From: a virus
Taxonomy: Duplodnaviria > Caudoviricetes
DNA length: 64,000 nucleotides
Strand: one strand, 5' to 3'
Virus record (IMG/VR): IMGVR_UViG_3300020045_010460
Span: 7,800 to 71,799 of that record
Part shown: positions 42,073 to 52,183 of the stretch, piece after piece
Position numbering within the stretch: the stretch's first letter is position 1
Layout: the number at the start of each line of letters is the position of its first letter
Position numbers and translations under genes: made by a program
Notes under the pieces: model-generated
Databases searched by the model: none
What the model saw: only the letters and a program-made list of their open reading frames with translations
Told to the model about the DNA's origin: nothing

Positions 42073-44181
42073 TTACAAAATTTGTAATGTACTTTTAACC
42101 TTTGATGGTTTAATCTCTTTTGGCATTCCTAATTTTTCCGTAATATGTGGTTTTCCATAACGTTCAAATTGAAGTCTTGTAGGAGTTTTTTCTAAACAAT
42201 AAACTCTATAATCATTTTCTTCTTTTTCTTGCTTTAAACGGGCTATTTCAGCTCTTCTTTCCGTTTCTAATCTTTCTGCCGTTCCATCAATAACAAATAT
42301 AATCTTTTCACATTCCGCCACATAATAATCATAATCTATATCATATTCTTCAAATGGAACTTTATAGAATTTATTGAATATTTTCACTTTTTTATCTGCC
42401 TCATATTCTGTTGTTGATAATTTTGGCTCACCTGTTACTTTATCAGGTTTATAAGTGCATTTTCTAAATTTAAGTCCATTTTTAGATAAGTAATATCTAT
42501 TTGTTTTCTGAACTTTTGTAACATTTATTTCATTTCCGTTTTCATCTACTTCAAATGTTTCTGCCCACCATTGCCCAACTGTATTTCCTGTTTTACAAAA
42601 CTCATATATATCTTCACATTCGTGTAAAGTTTCTAAAATAGGTTTATCATATAAAAAGTAGTTATTAACGGCTGTTGAAACTATACCTTGATTAAATGCT
42701 TTATGATATTCTCCATCTTTTCGCATTTCCGCATTTGGTTTAAACGTACCTTTGTATTTTACTTTTCCTGTTTTTTTAGTTACGGCTATGTAATTATTTA
42801 CATCTCTAATAATCATTTGAGAATAAGCAACATATTCCAAAACTAATTTGGTTTGAGATTCCCATTCTTGACAAATTTCCCAATATAATCTTTTATGTTC
42901 AACAGGAATTTTAACTGTTATACCATCTGTATTTACTTGGAGCATTATTAAATTAGGAACTCGTGTCATTAACATTTCCGATAACATACACAGAGCCAAT
43001 TGTCCTGCTAAAGTTGTTTTTAGCGTGTATAAAGGGTCGCAAAGAAAACTATATTCACTATTAGATTTTCCATAGACGCTGTTCGCAGAAAGCTTGAAAC
43101 CATCTGCCATTACCATATCTTTATTCTTTTTAGCTTCTAAACGTGGTTTAACAATTCCTTCTTCATATATTTTAGAAAATTCTTCTCCTAAATGTTCAGG
43201 ATATAAACCTAAAGTAATTCCAAGGCTGGGATACAAGCTTGCAACATCGCAATCAACTACTTCTTCTGTAGCAGTACTTTTATACACCCCTGATTTAATA
43301 CAAGCGTGTAAACCACCAGTTCCTAAATCAAAAGTAAAACCATTATATTCAAAACTATACTTAAAAGATTCCTTTAATTCTGTTACTTCAATACTTTTTA
43401 TATATTCAAATAACTGATTAAATTCTGGAGTTGTAAAATTAATATAATTAGGAATACACTCTGAAAACTTAAATAAATTTCTATATGTTCTACGTTTTTT
43501 TACATCATCCTCCGATTGATTAGTATAATGACAATATAATTTAAGCATTAATTGTTCTCCAATTTTACTATCTGGAAAATTTAAACAATCTAATCCATAT
43601 TTAGTTTGTAATCCTTTTCTAAGTTCTAATTTATCTTCTGTTAATTTATAAAATGCTTTAGTAGCTAAAATATCATTTACATTATAATCTAATATTTCTT
43701 GAACTTCTTCTCCTGTTGTGATTTTATATTCGTGTGAATACGGCATATCCTGAACATTTTCAAAACACATCGCTATCTCTAATTTTTTTAATCCCGTCAT
43801 CCGACTTTTGTTGTCATAATGCCAAATACGAAATAAATCTAATTGAGGAATTAAAATTTCTGTTTCTTTTATTGCGGAATATTCTTGAGAAATAACGGAT
43901 TGCGCTTTTTTATAAATCAATTTAGCGATTTTATCTCCATCCATTTGAATGAGTTTATCTCGCTCTTTTATAATATAATGCATTACAGGGTAATCAAAAT
44001 TATTATTGTTGAATCCAATCATCCCTTTAACATTGGTAAGATGAATTAATAAATCATATAAATCATTTTTACCTTTCCATATAACAAATTTTACTATATT
44101 GTCAGAATCTCTATCTACAGCACTATAAGTAAAACAGTTACTCAGTGTTTCAATATCATAAATTTCGGTTATTTTACTCAT
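42073..44181 (-). CDS. Family B DNA polymerase
   Basis: Exo I YDIET, Exo II GFNNNNFD, Exo III YNVND; polymerase DVASLYPS, KLSANSVYG, NTDG. Confidence 0.9.
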   Translation of the reverse strand: MSKITEIYDIETLSNCFTYSAVDRDSDNIVKFVIWKGKNDLYDLLIHLTNVKGMIGFNNNNFDYPVMHYIIKERDKLIQMDGDKIAKLIYKKAQSVISQEYSAIKETEILIPQLDLFRIWHYDNKSRMTGLKKLEIAMCFENVQDMPYSHEYKITTGEEVQEILDYNVNDILATKAFYKLTEDKLELRKGLQTKYGLDCLNFPDSKIGEQLMLKLYCHYTNQSEDDVKKRRTYRNLFKFSECIPNYINFTTPEFNQLFEYIKSIEVTELKESFKYSFEYNGFTFDLGTGGLHACIKSGVYKSTATEEVVDCDVASLYPSLGITLGLYPEHLGEEFSKIYEEGIVKPRLEAKKNKDMVMADGFKLSANSVYGKSNSEYSFLCDPLYTLKTTLAGQLALCMLSEMLMTRVPNLIMLQVNTDGITVKIPVEHKRLYWEICQEWESQTKLVLEYVAYSQMIIRDVNNYIAVTKKTGKVKYKGTFKPNAEMRKDGEYHKAFNQGIVSTAVNNYFLYDKPILETLHECEDIYEFCKTGNTVGQWWAETFEVDENGNEINVTKVQKTNRYYLSKNGLKFRKCTYKPDKVTGEPKLSTTEYEADKKVKIFNKFYKVPFEEYDIDYDYYVAECEKIIFVIDGTAERLETERRAEIARLKQEKEENDYRVYCLEKTPTRLQFERYGKPHITEKLGMPKEIKPSKVKSTLQIL

Positions 44182-46317
44182 CCTTCCACCACTTTAAAAC
44201 TATCATTAAAACTCTCCTCTGAACGCACATATATTTTATTTGTCTCCGTATCTTGATAAGAAATAGCATCATACCAAATATTTTCAAATTGAAATTGACA
44301 TAGGTTTAATACAGTGTATTTCTTTCCTTTTTTATTGTGGGTGTAGAATGTTGTTTTCATTTTTTCTTCTGTTTTTAAATTCTTTTTTGCGCGAAATTTC
44401 AAATAAATTTCCAACTAATAATTTCATCTGTTTCTAGATAAAGTCTCTTCTTAAACTTTCTATTAATAACAAACTGATATCCTCCCCATTTATTAATTTC
44501 TACTAACATAGATTTGTATTTTTTACCATTCTTTAAAATTATTTCTACATTAAGCCAACAAGGTGGTAATTTAGGAAAATCCTCCACTCTATTTCCTGCT
44601 CCCAACCATAGGTTACATATCTTATTATGTACTGATAAATCCTTATTAGTAATATAGTCTACAATATTTTCTAATTTCATTTTTATCTATTTTTCTGCAC
44701 CAAAAAGTTTAAAATATCATTCTCATCAATACAAGGAGACATACTCCAATTATTTACTATAGGAACAATGTCTTTAATAGAGTATTGCGGTTTGTTTAAT
44801 TCAATATATTTTTCTGCATTTTCTTTTTTCGCGAAAAATTTAGCGTGTTCACTCCAATTAGAATCTTCATCTAATGGTGTTACTTCTTCGCTATACACTT
44901 CATAAGTGGTTTGATTAAATGCGGGATGAGATAACCAAATAAAATAGTAAGTATCTCCTTCAAATAAATCAGCTCCTTCTTCTGTTGTTAGGATAGGTTG
45001 TTTTACTTTTTTAATATCTTCTAAGTTATAAAAACTGTTTCTAGGATATAGTCTGATTTTATTATTTATTAATTCAATAGATAATATTTTATTAGGTACG
45101 TGGCAGGCTTTACTTAGGACATCATCACCAACAGTAAATATTTCTCCATCAGATAATCTTTTAACTTTAAAAATAGTTTTATCTTTTAAATCCCCATCTA
45201 ATTTTTTTATATAGGAAGAAATTGCGCCATATTTATGCATTACTTCTAGTATTTCATAATCTTTCTCTACTATTTCTTCCCAATCACAAGTATTTTCAAT
45301 GAATCTTTTAGGGATACAAGCAGTTTCTGAACTTACATAATAGTTTTCACTGTAAGTTCTTACCTCATCGTTTGTTATTTTGTGTTTAAATTTTCTCATT
45401 GCTCAAAAACTTTTCTAAATTATCTTTTTCTTCATTTACCTCTTTCAATCTTTTTTCCGCCGCATTATAAAATAAAACAGAAATTTCATTAAACATATCA
45501 ATGCTTTCTTCCGTAGTTAAATTAACTAATAGATTATGCATTGTAGATTCTCTTCTGTTAATTAAATCTTGCTGTTTTTCTTTTGTTTTAACTTTTTCAC
45601 GCAAATTTTTAAAAAATTCTGTCATATTATTCTGAAATTTGGTTTTGTAATTCTTCGATTATATCATCTTTTTCTTCTAACTCTTTTTGTAGCGATTCTA
45701 CGAGAGCTTCTAATTGCTCAATTTCTAAAACTAAGTTGTCTAAAGTATCTTTAGCTGAATCTGCATCTCTTTCTAATCTTCTATCTTCCATAATTATTAT
45801 TTATTTACAATTTTATACCACATAGCAATTACCATCCATCTTACTATTTCGTATATTATTAATCCTACTATTATTTTCATAATTTTACATATTCATATTT
45901 CATAAATTCTTCTAATAACTCATTCTCTTTTAAGTAATCAAATATAGGAATCATTCTCCCTAGTTTAGTCTTTGATTCGGTTTGTAAAGGTCTTTTAATT
46001 TCTTTTTTGCCGAAAAAAGAATCTAAAGCAGAAGTATTTTCTTTATACTTTTTATAAAACCGTTTATGTTCAGAAGTAAAAGCCTTCATTTCATTATTAT
46101 GCTCTTCTTGCTTCCTGCGACTTTCTTCCCACATTTCTTTGTTTAAAGGAGCATCATTACCTTTTAGCTCACCACTTTTAATCTTCTTATCTACAAATGT
46201 TGCAAATCTTGTGAAATTAGTTTCAGCACTAAGCCCCGTTTCTTTTGTAAACATCTTAACTGTTTTAATTGTATTCACTTGCTTTCTGTTGCAAAAGCTT
46301 TCTATTCCTCTATGCAT
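44178..46317 (-). CDS. Hypothetical proteins (44178-about 44360 DUF1653-like; 44399-44680; 44683-45399; 45386-45625; 45877-46317)
   Basis: KGKKYTVL...ISYQD...IYVRSEESF suggests DUF1653; others unassigned. Confidence 0.45.
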
Positions 46318-46433
46318 AGCTATTTTAATTATTTCTTCTACAAAGATAAGTCAAAAAATCGGCAGAAAAAATAAAAACCACAGAATTTTTACATTCTATG
46401 GCTTGTTTATACTGATTCTAAATAAGGAGAGAG

Positions 46434-47519
46434 TTAAAATGGGGAATCTGCTTCATTTTTAAGTGTGTCGAAGCTAGGCTCAAACGCTGACAAGTTTATT
46501 GGAGCTTCAAACACAGGTGTTGAAAATACTGGGGTGGCTGTTGAGAATGGAGAATGTTCTTTTGGTTTTTCAAACTCTTTTACCTCAATGGTATATAAAT
46601 CTACATATCCAATATCTGCACTTCTATCCTTTAACACTTCAACAAAAATACAACCTTCTGTGTGTAAACTCACTTTACCGTGTTTATTTTCTTCCGTAAA
46701 TCTGTGAGATAAATGGGGGTATTTTTCAGGTTTAATTAAAGCATATTGCTCTATTCCTAAATAGTTGGCATTCTGTAATCCATAGACAAAATCTGAGATG
46801 TGGTATAAAGTATCTGACATATAAATATCGTCTCTTCTCAATCTACTTTCGTTTGATTTTTCCTTTAATCTGCTCAAGACACCACGGTTAGCCTGTGTTA
46901 ATAATACTACGGCAAAGTTTTCATACTTATTTTTGAGCATATTCAAACCTTCTACCATATCATCAATAGCTAGTTTCTTATTATCATTTTTAGCCTTCAG
47001 TAATCCTGCGTGGTCAAGGTCTAAAACTACAAGCTTTTTGTCCAAGTGTTGTTTTAAAAAATCTTCTGTTTCTTTTAGAAAATCTTCTGCTGATAATGGA
47101 GTTTGATTTACAAAAAATCTACCATCAAATTTAGTTTCTTTGTACCTTTTTAAAACTTCTTTTTCAGCATCGGTGAAGGGGTTATTTAAAATCTCTTTAA
47201 ATTGCTTTTTAGTCAACTTCTTAATATCTCTAAGGGTAGTTGCGAAATTGGTCATCTCAAAACTGTTTGAAACCCAAACATAATCAACAGCTTCGGGATT
47301 TATAGCTGTGTCCATTATGTCCATTTTCAGATTTTCTAACTCTGTACTTTTACCTCCAAAACTTGCTCCAAAAATAGTAATGAATGTCTTTGGAGTAATT
47401 CCTCCTTGTGCATCTAACCAAAGACGATTAGTTTTTACTTGTTTTACTTGCCCCGTTTGGTAACTATTTAAAGTAACTAAGGATTCTATCAAGACGTTTT
47501 TTAATGGTTGTATCGGCAT
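46434..47519 (-). CDS. DnaB-like (SF4) replicative helicase
   Basis: Walker A GASFGGKST, SFEM, Walker B VVLDLDH, LLTQANR, LRRDDIYMSD, LKDR. Confidence 0.8.
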   Translation of the reverse strand: MPIQPLKNVLIESLVTLNSYQTGQVKQVKTNRLWLDAQGGITPKTFITIFGASFGGKSTELENLKMDIMDTAINPEAVDYVWVSNSFEMTNFATTLRDIKKLTKKQFKEILNNPFTDAEKEVLKRYKETKFDGRFFVNQTPLSAEDFLKETEDFLKQHLDKKLVVLDLDHAGLLKAKNDNKKLAIDDMVEGLNMLKNKYENFAVVLLTQANRGVLSRLKEKSNESRLRRDDIYMSDTLYHISDFVYGLQNANYLGIEQYALIKPEKYPHLSHRFTEENKHGKVSLHTEGCIFVEVLKDRSADIGYVDLYTIEVKEFEKPKEHSPFSTATPVFSTPVFEAPINLSAFEPSFDTLKNEADSPF

Positions 47520-47522
47520 AAT

Positions 47523-48296
47523 TTAATCTGTTATTTCTATACTCCAATTATACATTGCCTCATAGCAAGGCTCAGCCACTTGTTCCCTCCATTTATCTGC
47601 TATTTCTTTGATATGGATTTCTTTTGCGTCTTTATACGCTTGGAAAGCTTCTTCTGGTGTAATAAAAACTCCTAAGTGAAAAGTTTTATCATATAAACGT
47701 ATCATTGACCTATATTTTATAGAATTTTTAATATGAGTTACAGATGAAGGCAGCTCACCTCTTTTGTTTTTTTGTGTATTAAATAGTGCATTAATCTCGT
47801 TAGGCACAAAACAACAAGTTTCAGGAGAATAAATTTTATTACCTTTAACTAAAATATCCTTGTCTAAATGCCAAGAACTGTCCATCCAAGGCTTCCAGTT
47901 TTCTTTAAACCATTCAGAAAAATTCTGAAAGTTATACCATTCCTCACATACTGTTACGTCTTTGTAGGTTGGACGTTTTTCTTGAGCTATATAATTATAA
48001 CACCTTGCTAAGACATATCGCCATCTATTTATTGATAATTTATTTTCATTTTTAGTATCCCCGCCATAAAAACCGACCCCAAATACTGAGAGTGCAAATG
48101 GGTTTTTAACCTTCCCTAATTCAATTCTTTTATAAGACACATTTTCTATAGTATATTTATTAACATCCATAAAACGTATTGTACAATTTAGAGCATTTAT
48201 ATATTCAATGATTTCAAACTCCTCCCCGTTATTATTTTTATGAATTTCTCCAACCCTATTTAAAAATCGACTATTATTATTTCCCTTGTTCTGCAT
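47523..48296 (-). CDS. HNH-type homing endonuclease with AP2-like C-terminus
   Basis: WRYVLARCY...VCEEWYNFQNF...WHLDKDILVKGNKIYSPETCCFVP, HLGVFITPEEAFQAY. Confidence 0.8.
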   Translation of the reverse strand: MQNKGNNNSRFLNRVGEIHKNNNGEEFEIIEYINALNCTIRFMDVNKYTIENVSYKRIELGKVKNPFALSVFGVGFYGGDTKNENKLSINRWRYVLARCYNYIAQEKRPTYKDVTVCEEWYNFQNFSEWFKENWKPWMDSSWHLDKDILVKGNKIYSPETCCFVPNEINALFNTQKNKRGELPSSVTHIKNSIKYRSMIRLYDKTFHLGVFITPEEAFQAYKDAKEIHIKEIADKWREQVAEPCYEAMYNWSIEITD

Positions 48297-48885
48297 TTAT
48301 TTTTTGTGTAAAGTATTGTCTTATTTCTTCTTCGTTCTGTTCCCAAAATTGATACAGTGGTGAATCTTCAAGGTTTGTTTTAAAATTCCCATACCGATTT
48401 TTATTCCTATCTAAGAATATATTTTCTAGCTTTCGTGTATAAATGTGAACAGATAAAAAATAATCACATAGATAATAAAATTCGTGCAATGATAATCCCA
48501 AATGATGCCTTAAAATACTTATGTAGATGGAGATTAGTTTCTTATTCCCTATAACTCTTTCAGTATCTTCATTATTCAGGTACATTTCACAAAGATAATT
48601 TCTCATTTTTAAATCCCCTTCAGAAACTTCTGGTGTAGTAATATCGTCAACCCACTCCAAACCAACAGAACTCAACCTGACTGTATTATAGACTGTCTCT
48701 GCCTTGTTTTTAGGTTTTACAAAGGTTATTAGGTTTGTGTCTTTAAACTTCTCTAGAACGTCTTTAAAGTGGTATTCTATTGTAGCTGAATTATCTTCTG
48801 TTTTATTTGTTTTCGCCGCCAAAAGAAACATAAACTCATTTGGAGTTAAACCTCGTGAATTTAAAAGATTAAAATTTATATACAT
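48277..48885 (-). CDS. Hypothetical replication-cluster protein
   Basis: 202-aa ORF directly upstream of the HNH and helicase genes. Confidence 0.5.
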   Translation of the reverse strand: MYINFNLLNSRGLTPNEFMFLLAAKTNKTEDNSATIEYHFKDVLEKFKDTNLITFVKPKNKAETVYNTVRLSSVGLEWVDDITTPEVSEGDLKMRNYLCEMYLNNEDTERVIGNKKLISIYISILRHHLGLSLHEFYYLCDYFLSVHIYTRKLENIFLDRNKNRYGNFKTNLEDSPLYQFWEQNEEEIRQYFTQKINAEQGK

Positions 48886-48968
48886 AAAAAATAATTTTAT
48901 ACAATAACCACATTTCCACTATAAGGACACCTAATATGGTTAAACAGTATAACCAAATGCCTAGATTT

Positions 48969-49361
48969 TTAATTTTCATTTTTTACAAACTGCCCATTTA
49001 TCATATTTCCTGTACGTTTAGAAATAATATTATAAGCTGATTCTAAACAATCTTCCAATTTAAATCCTTGCAACTCTGCTCCAATAATAATAGTTACAAG
49101 AATATCCCCTAGTGCATCTTTTAACTCTTCTTCTGTATTAACTTGCTTTCCTTTAGAGTTAATGAATTCAAATCTATTTTCTGACTGTGCTTCTACAGCC
49201 TCTATTAATTCTTCAACTTCTTCATAAGTTTTTAAAGCTTGTGCATATGGTGTTGCTTTATCTAAAATTCCTTTTTCTTTTGCCCATTGAATAACTAATG
49301 GTTCTAAATCTTTATAGTGCATAGTTTGTTTTTTACAGTATTTTTCTAATGTTTTCTCCAA
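48969..49361 (-). CDS. MazG-like NTP pyrophosphohydrolase
   Basis: QWAKEKGI, KTYEEVEEL, EELKDALGDILVT, CLESAYNIISKRTG. Confidence 0.8.
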   Translation of the reverse strand: MEKTLEKYCKKQTMHYKDLEPLVIQWAKEKGILDKATPYAQALKTYEEVEELIEAVEAQSENRFEFINSKGKQVNTEEELKDALGDILVTIIIGAELQGFKLEDCLESAYNIISKRTGNMINGQFVKNEN

Positions 49362-49511
49362 GTAATATATTGTTACTCTCCTCTACAATCATCTGTTCTA
49401 ATTCTTTTAGCCAGTTTGTTATGATAATGTTTTCTGTTTGTTGTGATAGATATATTATGTCTGAGAGTGATAGGTTTTTCATTTGTTTTAAGTTTTTTGC
49501 GCGAAATTTGT

Positions 49512-50673
49512 TTATCCTACTATTTTAATTAATTTACCTTCCTTATCTTCTAACTTTGTAAGCTCAAATTTGCCATCTAAAAAGTTTAAAACTTCTTGTA
49601 AGTTCATAAAGTTAAATAAATGAGCAAATGTGTTTAAATCTATTTTTCCGCCGCCTTGCTCTATAAAATAATTATAGAACCATTGGACAGGATAATTACC
49701 TTTTTGGCGCATATTTATATACTGTTTCTTATCCATTGTTTTTACATTTAATCATTTCGGCAAATTCAATAATAAATTTTTCAGCATCTTTAGATAACTT
49801 ATCTGATACATAAGCTAATTGCATACCCATTTCGTGAGTATTATAAGTTTTAAATCCTTTTCCTAAACCGTTAAATAAATTAGCTTGTGTGTGGTCATCT
49901 GAATGTGCTATATCAAATCCAATATTTTCTGCTATTAATTCTATACTTGATTTTATCATTTTTCTGTTATTTATATTGCAAATATACTGCTTTATTTTTT
50001 ATTTTCCTAATTTATTTTCTGTTTTTAATCTTTTTGCGCGATTTCTATTAATTTTTTAAGACACTCTAATTCAGCTTCTTCATAAGTTTTCCATTGTTGA
50101 TTTGGATTATCATTTTCCCAATCTATTTCAGAATAAATAATATAATCATACCAAGAAGTTTGTGGTGTTTTACCACCTTTAAAAATAGGATAACCTATTA
50201 TATGATACTTCTCCCTAAACCATCTAAATGCTTGTGAGAATGTTGGGGATGAACAAAATAAAATTAAGTTGTCAAATTTAGATATAATTTCATTTTTAGA
50301 AAATCCTATGTCTAAGGTTGCTTCTCCATTATCATATTTTTTATATTGTGCTAAACAAGGTTCATCAAATCCTAATTCTTTTAAAGCTAGTGATTCGGCA
50401 TAAGGTACAAATTCTTTTTCCATTTTATTTATTTTTAAGTTATTAATTTTTTGCGCAAAAAACAAATAAAAACAGTTAAAAAATCTGCTGACACATCAAC
50501 AATTTCCTAACTTCTACTTTTTCTAACGGCTTTAATAAGTTATACAAGTCGATTATAAGCTCTACATTTTTATTAATAGGCTCTTTATCTTCTTTTTCCA
50601 TTCTGTCTTCGTAATATTTTTGGCTATTCATTTTGCTATTTTTTAAATTTTTATTTCTCCTACAAAGATACAA
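49512..50673 (-). CDS. Small hypothetical proteins (49512-49736, 49729-49959, 50025-about 50423, 50476-about 50631)
   Basis: ORF track; true starts are probably the downstream Met after A-rich leaders. Confidence 0.5.
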
Positions 50674-50724
50674 ATTGACAACTCCCCTTGATGAATCAGA
50701 GAGGATTCTTAGAAAAAGCTTGTA

Positions 50725-51433
50725 CTAATGTACTACTTTAGCTTCTAGCAGAGATTGCCCTCTCTGCAATATATTATATGCTGCATTTTCTGTGTAACCA
50801 CATTTAATACATTCAAACAAACTTTGTGTTTTTCTATTTTCTTTGCAAGTGTGTCCACATTTTGAACATTCCTGTGAAGTATAAGCAGAATTTACCTTAA
50901 TTACATTTATCAATTCCACATTCATTTTGGTTCTCAACGATTGTGTTATTTTCTTCTTGAACAACGATTTTTAGATAAATGCCATCTGCTTCTCGAACTA
51001 ATCTGCTGGATTTTAAGACACCTTTTGGAACTTTAAAATTAAAAACTTTGACAACTCCAAAAGAAGCTAATTTAAAGCCATTGTGTGTGAGTTTTATTCC
51101 TTGCGCTGTAAAAGAAACAGACCTATTATTTTTTCTTTTCAACCATTTTGGATAGCCTGCACCTTTGAAGAATTTCTGAAAAGCATCATCCATTTGAAAA
51201 ATAGCCCCTTGTAAAGTTTGACTTCCCACTTCTTTTAGAAAAGGAAAATCTTTTTTGCATTCTGCCATTTGCTTATTCAAGTCAAAAGCACTTAATTTTA
51301 ACCCTTTCTTGTATGCCTGCTCTTTTGTCTCTTTTGCTAAATTATATACATAGGTAGTAATTCCAATCCACTGCTCAAACTTACTTTGAACAACTTTATT
51401 TGGCTTTAACTTGTATGTATATGTTTTTATCAT
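50725..51433 (-). pseudogene. tnpB: TnpB with internal deletion and frameshift
   Basis: HTH_OrfB-type start MIKTYTYKLKPN; RuvC-I GID then a stop 3 codons later; other frame VNSAYTSQECSKC...CIKCGYTENAAYNI. The RuvC-II region and RuvC-III Asp are missing. Confidence 0.85.
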
Positions 51434-51565
51434 TTATTGTTTTTCTAAAGATGCAAGTCTTAGATATGTAGATAGTTTTAAACCTATTTTATTTGCTTTT
51501 TCAATTAATACTTTTTCTTCTTCTAAAGAAACTCTTACAGGTATTATTTTTTCTCTTTTTTCCAT
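51434..51565 (-). CDS. 43-aa ribbon-helix-helix-like protein (not in ORF track), coupled to tnpB
   Basis: MEKREKIIPVRVSLEEEKVLIEKANKIGLKLSTYLRLASLEKQ; TAA directly followed by the tnpB ATG; TACTTTTG promoter box at 51585-51592. Confidence 0.7.
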   Translation of the reverse strand: MEKREKIIPVRVSLEEEKVLIEKANKIGLKLSTYLRLASLEKQ

Positions 51566-51733
51566 TAGTTATATTTTTATTCTACAAAAGTACCACATTT
51601 ATTTTAATTTTCCAAATAACTTATATTATTTGTAATGAAAATTAATTCATCCCCTACCCTAAAGACTCAAGCGAAGGGGGTTTCTTGCTAAAAAGCCTTA
51701 AATTTTACTTCAAGGCTTCTATTTATTTTCATT

Positions 51734-52183
51734 CTAAATAAAGTGCTTATTTAATATTTCTCCTGTTTGTAAATTTATCAGTTTTTGATTTGTTGTTTCG
51801 CTTGATAAACCTCCTAATTTTTCTACCCATCGTCCTGTTTTCAGAAAATTTAACTGTTCTATTATTTTTGTATTTACTTTTTTTCGCGGCAATCCTGTGT
51901 ACAAAGCTGTTTTTAATCCTAAAGACTTGGCTATTTTGAGCTTTGAGATTAAATTCTCCTCCCATTCGCCTCCCATAAATAAAACACAAGAAATCAAACC
52001 GTTGTATTTATTAAGTAAATCAGTAAAAACTTTATCAGTTAACTCCTCTCCACTATTTTCATCCCATAAATAACTAGAGTGACACCCTTTACAAGCTAAC
52101 TTACACCCTACAATTGAAAACACAAGAGACACTTCATTAGGTATCTCTTGCATTACAATATCATAGGAACTAAACTTCAGCAT
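51734..52183 (-). CDS. nrdG: Anaerobic ribonucleotide reductase activating protein (radical SAM)
   Basis: GCKLACKGCH CxxxCxxC motif, FMGGEW, LKTGRW; adjacent to nrdD. Confidence 0.9.
   Translation of the reverse strand: MLKFSSYDIVMQEIPNEVSLVFSIVGCKLACKGCHSSYLWDENSGEELTDKVFTDLLNKYNGLISCVLFMGGEWEENLISKLKIAKSLGLKTALYTGLPRKKVNTKIIEQLNFLKTGRWVEKLGGLSSETTNQKLINLQTGEILNKHFI

Larger units (their letters stand above)
50675..51690 (-). mobile_element. Decayed IS200/IS605-family (IS1341-like, no tnpA) element: RHH gene plus tnpB pseudogene
   Basis: Right end AAGAATCCTCTCTGATTCATCAAGGGGAGTTGTCAA ending in TCAA at 50675; left-end-like CCCCTTCG...GTAGGGG hairpin about 51650-51685. The left boundary is approximate. 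Confidence 0.7.
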
